Positions 41,056 to 50,311 of a DNA stretch of 64,000 nt are shown here, one piece after another. Below the pieces are notes generated by a model, which worked only from the letters and a program-made list of their open reading frames with translations, had not been told where the DNA came from and ran no database searches. Position 1 is the first letter of the stretch. The number at the start of each line of letters is the position of its first letter. The stretch covers positions 62,001 through 126,000 of the forward strand of contig ML978142.1 of NCBI GenBank assembly GCA_010015805.1. The letters run 5' to 3'. The translations under genes and the position numbers were made by a program. The stretch is from Rhizodiscina lignyota (lineage: Eukaryota).

Positions 41056-43771
41056 GTCGGAGGCCTTATGTTGAAGTCGGTTGGTTCGTCATAGGCCCCA
41101 CACTGCGCTGGCGGAGGGGCATGAATGAATGATGGAGCACGCCGGGCGACAGAGGACGGTGGTGCTCGTAACGATGGAAGAGGGAGTGGAATGTTCTGGG
41201 AGGAGGCTTGTGTGCGGTGGTGTTATTCGCACCAAGACGGCGGAGCTGACGTGCGGGCCTGGCCTTCCTGCGGCGAAACACGAGGGAGCCAACCAGCGGC
41301 CGATCCCGAAACAGGCCAATGCTGTGCTGCGCTGACGGCCAGGGGCTGCAGAAGGGACGACTCTGGCGTTTGTCGTTGTTTCTCGCTGTTTGTTTGATAT
41401 CGCTAGCTAGCAGAAGAAAGGCAGCAGGGACAGAGACGAGCTTTATAGACCTCCTTCTCTACGCCGCAGATTCTGCCCGCGCACTCTGCCCCTTGCGTGC
41501 CACCCACGCCTCACGTAACCGGCGCAGTTTCAGACGATCCGTCCCGCACTCACAGATCTGCGCCCACGGCGTGCGACTTCGAGCCTCTCACGCTCCTTGT
41601 CGCCGTCGGAGAGGCACAGAGGGCTCCTTAGGCGCTTGAGAGGTCAATATTGGCCGCCAAAGGGAGCACGCGACCGCCGAAGACAAAAGGCTCCGACTTG
41701 AGCTCCGACATGTGAGCCTATCGCCACACCCCTCGGTGGGGGCAATTCAAGGTTGCGACTCATGTCTGTGAGCAGGTGTGAGACGAAAGTTCAGCTCCAC
41801 GCGTATGCCGCTGTATGCGGAGATGCCATGTGGGACGGCGTGTCAAGTGCGACTGCAAGGCTGTCCAGTGGCACCTCAGCTAATTCTCCCAAGTAGAATC
41901 AATCTGGACGAGCATCGGAGTGAAGTGTATGACTGACGGGACTATCTAGCGACGCTATTAAGGGTATCGCATGCCAGCTCGCTATTTGTCCTGCTTGCTG
42001 CCGTCCCAGGAATGTCTTTCTGAGATGGACAGGAAGCTCAGTAATCATCCTGTGGCTCAAGTAAAATCCCCAGGCGTGCAAACCCTCCCTGTCATTCATC
42101 TCTATGTTGTCAAATCACGATTCGATTGATCCGGAGCTAAGATATCTTTTATATCTCAATGGGGTTAATCCAGAACCCGATTTTCTTCCAATCATCAGTC
42201 AATCGGCATTGCTTCGACAGTGGATAGACGTTGCAGGTCATCGGGTCCTCTTGACTTCGTTGGAAACACATTTTGCTGCATTTCACACAAACCTGGAGCT
42301 CGATATTTGCACGTCCGCGAGCAATTTGATGATGACATCGCGGTCCTGTCGGTGGCGGAATGTCCGGCGAATGACTAGCTCATTCGAAACTTTTCATCAA
42401 CGCTGGATGCAGAAAGTTGATATTATAGTGGTACTCTTACAAAGCCATGTCAGCGCCGTCCGTAGAAAATAAGTTTTTTGATATCTGCATCTTGCGTTCG
42501 CATCGCTGAACTCTCGCTGGAGTTGGGTGTGTTGCTTGAACGAAGATCCAAATCGAACCTTCGAAAACGAGATCGTGATTTTCCACTTCGCGCAGTGAAC
42601 CATTGCTGTTCAGTGCTAATGTCGAGTCAGAGTCGTGGACTTGCTTGGTAATAGAGCTTACGCTCCATTATGCGTAAGGCCTGCTTCTGTTGCTTGCACT
42701 GACTAACTCCAAATATTTACATATCAATGCCGTGGAAGTGCAGAGGACGAAGGTCGTTGAGTTTGAACTACCGAGCTGTGAGAGCATCGAAAACACTTGC
42801 TCACCAAGAGCGGAGGTTCTGTTCAAATATAAGCGGAGGCTCTTTATATCGTACGACTTTGGTGCGACTGTAGTCTGGTGCGGCATTGTGGCGGTCGGCT
42901 GTGTTAGCAGACAGCTGGATTGCATTATTGGCGGTGCTGGCATGTGTCGACTGGAATAGACAGCCAAGTATGAGTAAGAGAATGGATCAAAGAATGAGTG
43001 TGGTTTTATTGAGCGTTTTACGAGTTACATGATTCTTTTTATGTTTGAGATGTTAACGAGAAATTTGAGAAATGAGTGTAGAATAGTTGGAACGATCCTT
43101 CCGAGTACCACCCACCCCTTCAACGATTACTTCACCCTCCCTCAATTCGATAAATAAAACAGAAGCTAGCATTCTCACTGCACTATATTGTGACAGTGTG
43201 GCTGGAGCATCAGCCCTGGCTGGCTAGACGGCCTGTCCAGCGGTTGCAGAATCATCGGCCTGAGTGGCAGAATCCTGATAGCATAAATTCGTCAGAAGGC
43301 GACTTGTGGTTGTCAAATGCGAAACATTATCGCGTTGTTGGCGCTCGTGTCGTTCAAGTACAGAGAGGTAACTTCTGGGAGCACCGGGGAAGTCCATCAT
43401 AACACTACGCAGGGATGATGGCTGATGTCCGACAATAGACTTAACAGGTGCTCCCAGAAGCTGCCTCTCTATCCAAGAGCGATCCACGACTCATCAGGGC
43501 ACCGAAGGCCCGCCTCGCCACTGCCCCGAGGTCCCGCTGCATCGCTGCATACTATTCGTAAATGCAAAACCCCGTCGGCAACGGAAAGGCATTGATTGTA
43601 CACTAACCCATCATCATGCTGGAGTACATGCCTTGGCTTTGCCGAGTGAGCTTGTAAATGCGAATAGTGGACAGCAGTGTAGCGGGGCCTTGGGTCAGTC
43701 GCAAGGAGGGCCCTTGGCGCGCTCATGAATATGGACCTAGACAAAGAACCAAGTGAGTCAAATCGTAGCAT

Positions 43772-44331
43772 TCATGGCAAGACAGAGGGAGGGGAATTGA
43801 ACATTACCACTTCAAGAAGTTCGTGAGTCAAGCCAAGATGCGCCATGACCTGCCCGAGGGCAGAGTCGCCGCCATCCTTATGAACGGCACCCATAATTGC
43901 CTCGAGTGTGGTGGCCATTGTTCTGCTCGAAACGGTTGTTGTTCCAGGATTGAGATTGATGCAACGGTCAAGTCTATGAACGAAACCAACCGCGGCAAGA
44001 TTGCTGTTTGACAGGACATCTAGCCGTATAGTATCCCACTGGCCTGTGAAACTGTTAGTAAATCATGGTAACGTCCATATACAAGACAAAGCGAGTAATC
44101 ACTCTTCTGCAGACCAATATCAAGCCATTTTCGACAGAGGTAGCTCGCGGCAACCGCATCACCGTACACGGCCAAGCGGTCGTTCCGGTGGATGGCTTGA
44201 AAAGCATCTCGAACAACAATCCCTCCCTGGAACGTATGAAGCGCCGTCGCACAAAGCAGCTTGTCGCTGAATTGGTACGCAATTGCAATTTCGCAAGCAG
44301 CGATTTTGGTCACGATTGTGCCTGCCGCCAT
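43772..44331 (-). CDS. Stand-alone single RNase III-domain protein (~166 aa, no dsRBD)
   Basis: Exon 1 44331-44103 (IAYQFSDKLLCATALH, NDRLAVYGDAV), intron 44102-44044 with TACTAAC branch point, exon 2 44043-43772 (VLSNSNLAAVG...MATTLEAIMGAVHKDGG). Both RNase III signature blocks are recognisable. Confidence 0.85.
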
Positions 44332-44665
44332 GTTTTCGAGAATCCGAGTTGGAGCTGAAAGCTGTTATGGATAGTGCGAATATTGGAGAGAACAGATATA
44401 ATAGAGATCAGTTGAAGAGGTGAAGAAGAAGTTGCTGCTCTAATGGCAGAGGGCAATATTTAAATAGAAGGCACCTGCGTTGAACGCAGGGTTGGGCAGG
44501 CGGCTGGAGGAATGTCACACCATCTGCATATTTCCCAGAAGTGTTCGCTCCGCCTTGTTACGTCGTGCAAAAATTTGGTCAAAAAACAGAGAGCTCAGCC
44601 GAAGAGCTGCAGATAGACGAACAATGGAGTAAGAAGGATGAATGAAGTGCTGAAAAGGCTCCCCC

Positions 44666-44673
44666 AAAAAAAA
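44666..44673 (-). terminator. RNA polymerase III oligo-T terminator
   Basis: T8 run on the minus strand, 8 nt after the tRNA discriminator base. Confidence 0.8.
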
Positions 44674-44681
44674 GGAAGGTG

Positions 44682-44824
44682 AGGTCCTGCCCGGATTCGA
44701 ACCGGGCTGATGTATATGTTAGCGCATGTAATATAATTTTTAGGGTTGGCATGGCTTACGTTGCCGGAAGATCCCAACTCGCATGAATCAGAATCCGGAG
44801 TGATGACCGCTACACTACAGAACC
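44682..44824 (-). tRNA. tRNA-Gln(CTG) with two intervening sequences (canonical 37/38 intron 44787-44770; spliceosomal-type intron 44759-44707)
   Basis: GGTTCTG/CAGGACC acceptor stem, D arm GTGTAGCGGTCATCAC, anticodon stem CCGGA/TCCGG with loop TTCTGAT, variable loop CAAC, T arm CCCGG-TTCGAAT-CCGGG. 72 nt after removing 18 and 53 nt. Confidence 0.92.
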
Positions 44825-45672
44825 AAAAACGTTGATTTCAAAAACGGATTAATAATATATAGTTTGATTGCATACCTCGCCGAAACGCTTTCCGTCCCAT
44901 CTCACCGCCCCAGCACCTCTACACCTTTCAGATCCACAGCACATATGAACAACTCCGAATGAACTCTCCAGAGCCTAACTGCCATCACAACAGCATCATT
45001 GCCGCTTTAATCGTTCTAGAATTGAGTTGCCAGGTGTCGTCTAGCTGCTTTTCCCTCCAGTTCGAGCCTAGGCCCAGGGTAAGACCTAAAGTTTTACCCA
45101 GTTTTGGACCATACATCTCAATTCTCATGTCGCATAATCGGGCAAGCAAACTATGATTCGGGACCCTTTTTGGTGAAACCACATGTCTTTCCAGGTAGCA
45201 CTAGTTAAATCTTGCCGCTCGTAACGAGCTCTCTACAACACCTACTTGAACGGAGTTGGAATTCGGAAGAGACCGAAACGAACAGTGTTCAGTATCTGTG
45301 AGAATGTCTTTGACTATCTTGATTATTTTACATTATGTGTTTTTGGGTATTCGTAATATAGGAAAAAGAGGAATGAAATGAGTTCTGCTGGGTTTTATTT
45401 CTAATTTATCACATTGTTTTCTTTTTATAAGTTTCGGCGCGGTGCTCAGAGTATATCGTCGAGAATGCAAACCCTCTTCCTTCCAATCCGCCGACCAACT
45501 TTCCATCTGTTACCGATATCACCGTACCACTGAGGACCGGCCATTGAGCTTCGCGGCCTCTTCATGACGAAGGCGGTACCTATCCAGGTGCATGAATTCC
45601 CGCGATGCGTATGCCGGAGAGCCACTTGTGAGATGGAAGGTGGCTTGAGTGGACCTAGAACCCGACCCTTCT

Positions 45673-45882
45673 TTACAAAGGAGTAGGCCTGACGGGTTTT
45701 TTGGACTTGATTGAAACTGGACCCGGACCGCCGATGGAGATCGGAGTGACCGGCTCATTCGGGGAGCCAGGATGCTTCGGGACTTTGCGAGCGTCGAGAA
45801 CTACGGCGTCCGGCGCGGCGACGGGCTCGGGGAGGGCATTGAGGAAAGGAAGGAAGAACAGAGCAAGAGTGAATGATCGCAT
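45673..45882 (-). CDS. Small secreted Pro/Lys-rich peptide precursor (69 aa)
   Basis: MRSFTLALFFLPFLNA signal peptide, pro-region LPEPVAAPDAVVLDAR, cationic proline-rich C-terminus. Confidence 0.65.
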   Translation of the reverse strand: MRSFTLALFFLPFLNALPEPVAAPDAVVLDARKVPKHPGSPNEPVTPISIGGPGPVSIKSKKPVRPTPL

Positions 45883-47193
45883 GGTGACTGAGGAATTAGA
45901 AAACTGAGGAAAACAGTTCTAAGGAAAATTGACAGTCCACTGCAGAGCAAGTATTTGTGAGAGGAACGATCATCGTTTTATACTCACATCTTCGTCTAGT
46001 AAATTGCAATATACGCTTGTCTGGATCATCGTACAATTCAGGATTAACCGAATCCAGATTTGCAAAATGATTTGTATCGCGTAGGCTATTGGCGTATTCA
46101 ACAGGAGTCGCCGTTATCAACGCGGCTGAGGTTCCCGTCAAAGTCTTTGCCCTCTTGAAAGAGGGGCATCACGGACTTTCGATAATGAGCATCATCACGA
46201 CATCGCTAGTTCTGGAAGAAGGTCAGCGCTGCCTGGCGGAACATCTGCCAATATTAAGACGGATGCGGACGGCTGCGGGCCTGTTGAGACAGTCCAGCGA
46301 AGTGATTTCGCGTCACTCGACATCCGGAAGCACTCCGAATGGACGCGACGCAGATGTACGATACTAGGTGAGTTAAGGATATGACAGACATAAGATATAA
46401 GTCAAGTTTTTCAGTAGTCTGGCCCTATGCCACATTTAGATACGAAGCTGGGGAAAGGAGGCACATCCCTCCAAAGCCGCGTGGTTGTGGGGAAGACGAC
46501 AGTGAAAATAGCTCGACAATTCCAGATTCAAAGAGATTGAGCCAATGGGAGTTTTGAACGTGGAAAGCAAGAATGCAAATAAGCATTGACTGACTAAGGT
46601 CAGTCCCGCGACATACTGGTTTGCAAGGATGGGTAAATAACGGATGAGGCAGGATGGGAACTCGAGTGAGATTTCTCAGGAGGTCGCGATGTCGCGATCT
46701 CACACACGTGCAGGACAGGAACCGGGTAACCGGAAGAGTTAATCGATAGAGAAAGGGTGTTCTGGATAAATACTCTGGTTTGGGCTATTCTCGTGTTAAT
46801 GCCGATTTATGTAGGATTGCTTGCGTTGAGCAACCGCTCGAGAGTTGAAGTGTCACAGTAGGGTAGTATTTCGGTAAGAGACAGCGTAGTCTCTGTACCA
46901 GGAATGTTTCAGAGCCGACGAAATGGACAAAGTGTGAGCATGGATGCTCATAAACTACAGGAAAATGGTTGAGAGGTCTAGGACGCATTGCTCTTTTGAC
47001 GGCTCTTTGTCGTCTGGTGGAGCCGTATTTCCAGAGATTGACCGTGACAGCCAACGACAACCCAGGTCGGAGATGATGTGGAGTTCCATTATTGAACAGC
47101 ACTATACCTAAGGAGGAGGATAGTTCGGAATATTGATCATTCGCTTGAACGGATATCTAATTGCCCCGTATTCAACATAATATCATAGGCTCA

Positions 47194-47847
47194 TCATGAT
47201 GTGCTCTCATGCCCTCCTGCATCGGAGACCTTCTCCCATTCACTATCCGTCATGCCACTCATCTCCATCTCACTTCCTCTCTTCCTCATGCCTGACTCAT
47301 CTCCAGAGCTGCCTTCGACATGTACACCAGACGCCTCGCTTGCAGCACTTGAAGCCGGCCGTGGTAGCAAGTGACCGCTGCTGCCCATCGAAGGTGACTC
47401 TGCGGTATCGGAGGATCGGTCGTGCACAAGTGCTGGATCGAGCAAAGACGCCTTTGACTCCACCTCTTCTCCTTCAGTTTCCGTGTCTACGCCGTCTTCA
47501 TCCTCTGCATCGTCATCCCTCTCACTGATGGCGCGATCTGGTTCCTCTCGTCTCGCTTCATTTATGTCTTTCCCGGTATCCGCAGGCCGTGGCGTTTCCC
47601 CTTCCCTCTCATTTCGCCTTTTTAATTCCTCTGCTGCTCTCAACTCTGCAACAAACCAGTTGATAGCCCACCAAAGCGCACCACAAAGAATGCCGAGTAC
47701 AACAAAGTGCACACTGTAGGTCGCAATCAGCAAGGCGAAGAGGACGGCTTGAAGGGCCGCAAAGGACGCGTTCGTCGCGAGAAGTAGCGGTGGGGTCGGG
47801 CCAGGCGTAAAGACGGAATCCCACAGGGATTTCATGAAATCCGCCAT
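47194..47847 (-). CDS. PKR1: ER V-ATPase assembly factor Pkr1
   Basis: LWDSVFTPGPTPPLLLATNASF...TYSVHFVVL...LWWAINWF: two TM helices followed by an acidic tail. Confidence 0.9.
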   Translation of the reverse strand: MADFMKSLWDSVFTPGPTPPLLLATNASFAALQAVLFALLIATYSVHFVVLGILCGALWWAINWFVAELRAAEELKRRNEREGETPRPADTGKDINEARREEPDRAISERDDDAEDEDGVDTETEGEEVESKASLLDPALVHDRSSDTAESPSMGSSGHLLPRPASSAASEASGVHVEGSSGDESGMRKRGSEMEMSGMTDSEWEKVSDAGGHESTS

Positions 47848-48510
47848 GGTCGACGGTTTGTTTGGTAGCCTTGTCCGAGGAGGACAGCGTTTGCGAAGTG
47901 ACTTGTGCGTGTATGTGTATGCGTTGTCTAGATACGAAACAGTAAAAGGTCCGGCGTATATGAATAAGAAGCTAGGACTAGATCCAGAGTCCTAGGCAGC
48001 TCGCAGTTCAGGCTGTGTCGCGTTCTCTCGTGCGCCTGTCGCGTGGGCGCTGTGCCACGAACGGAGGTCCCCTCGTGCTTCGGTGACTGGGCGAGGCAGC
48101 CCTAACAAACGCGCGAGAGAAGAGGCGCTGATAGACGGTGAAGATATTTCGAGAGACTGGGAGCAAATGACAAGGTCAAGGGCATTCCAACCCGTTTGTC
48201 GCGGGTTGGGATGGTTATGCCAGATCAGATGGACATGGAACGTACCTTGCCAGCACGTCTGCAGGCCGATAACGCCGATATCTTACACGTGACTTGGTTT
48301 TTCTTTCCCTGAGTTTTGTGTATAAGTTTCCTAATAAGGTATAGTTTGTGTATTCAGGCACTTCGCGTCAAGAAACTCCCCGACCTGCTCTACAATGACA
48401 GTATCTTTCCAGCTTTCCAGGCTTGTAGAATTCATCAACTCAAGCTCCCACTGCTGACTTTCGGGAAAACTGCTTTACACTTCAAAGGGAATACTCGGAG
48501 GCATCAACTC

Positions 48511-49779
48511 ATGGAGCACTCCAAGTCAGTGACGCAGCCATTGTACACATACTTCTCAACATTGTCCCGCCGTGCAAATCCGGAGGATACAATCAAACCA
48601 CCGGTTGTATCTTTGAATCAACGCGTACCGAGCGCGTTTCTCAACCTTGCTGGAGATATCCGCATGATGATCTACAAGGAGCTGTTCTAGTCGACGCGCA
48701 TTTCTTTCACGTACACCTTGAACAATAGAGGCGAGTTGGTAAAGCACGACCGGACTCTAGCTATACTTTACACGTGTCGCCGGGTCCACCACGAAGCCTG
48801 TAATCTGTGGCTCGGAAGAGTCTTGTTCCATTTCGACCATCCCATCATGATGCTTGACAAACTTCACCGACTCCGCAAGTCCACATTATCACAGGTTCGG
48901 CGCATTCGTACGCTTTCATACAAGCTCCATGTTCGCGATCCGCAAACTCACAACCTCGAAAACGGAACAGGTTGCCATTCGTTTGGGCTTGCGAGAATCC
49001 TACAATTACTGCCAGGCTTGCATCTTGACACGCTCACCGTGTTTGCAAGGGACCATGACGAAGAGATCTATGACCTGGAAGAGATGCTCCTCTTGGCAGG
49101 CGGATGGAGAGAGCTCAGGTTTATCCTCGCTGGTCCGGTGGCTCTCCACATGAGTATGGACCTTGTCGAGGACCGCCTTGAATGCTGGGACGGACACTAC
49201 ACGCTGCAAAACATGTGGGAAGAAATCTTCAGTTCAAGTGATGAATGTACTGCTCACCCTTCTGTGGATATTTACAAATGCAATAAGCCTCAACCGTACG
49301 GATGTATCCTCGGCCCTGCTCAGCGCCACAACTATGAGGTCTTGCTCCCCGATTTCGGATATTCCGCTCTCTTTGATTCTGAATCTGACGGGGAACATCT
49401 CGTCATAGCAGACGGGAGAGCGAAACAGTGGAATTGGATTAGAGACGAACGTCGACATTTGAGCAATGGACCTGTGGAAGAGCAGAAAAAGGAGGTGATG
49501 GTTGTTGCAACTCGTGGAACTGGCGATGATTACAAACAGACGGATGAACCTATGGCATATGATGACGAAGGCATGCGATCAATCTATTGCGGATTGTCTT
49601 GGTGGGAAATCAAGCATCTGTATGTTGATGACGAATTCTCAATCTCGCAAGCACATGTACACGATGCCCGACGACCAAGAATTCCACAATTGAGAAGAGC
49701 CACCTATGAGGATCCGGAAGAGTACGATTGGTCGGATGTTCTTCCTCTTGAAAAGAAGCCTTGCTTTGCTTGCGACTGA
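48511..49779 (+). pseudogene. F-box-like/2EXR-like fungal protein gene interrupted by a single in-frame TAG
   Basis: ORFs 48316-48690 and 48718-49779 share a frame: FLNLAGDIRMMIYKELF*STRISF...LAILYTCRRVHHEA. Confidence 0.65.
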
Positions 49780-50311
49780 ACGGGTCCAAGAAGACGTCTT
49801 GGTGGAAGAGCCAGCACCTGCCTCGGGAAGAATGACTAAAGGAGATGATGGATGTTACATCTCGCAGTGCTAATGTAACCATCGACCCCTTCAAGGACTC
49901 TCATGGCGATGATGGACAGGACATATGGGCAATTCACGACGGATTGCAGTGGTGGGAGATCAGGCGCGTCTTGTCCAACCAAAGTTTGAGAGGGAAGGTG
50001 GACGTGGAGCACAGTTGCTGTCTTTTGCAAATATAAAGCTGGGAGTATCGCTAATGGCTAGTGACTTGAGAGGATCTCATGTTAGTTAGCGACCATTGAA
50101 TGGTCAAGCATAGATTATCGAGTATGCTTACAAATTCCAAGCCCCCAGGTAACGATAGCGACTCCTGACCATCTCAAATATAAACTCGATCAGCACGTAA
50201 AGGGGTGGGCTATGCTTCGAATCTCCTACTGAACTCACAAACATGTTGCGCACGGCGCTAGTGTGAAGACTCTTTGGACTAATCGTTCTGCTGATGCATT
50301 TTAGGATTGTT

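Noticed and set aside
37549..44824. IRE1, RNase III and the intron-containing tRNA as one RNA-splicing cluster
   Set aside because: IRE1 is a universal housekeeping gene more than 2.5 kb away, and only proximity supports a link.
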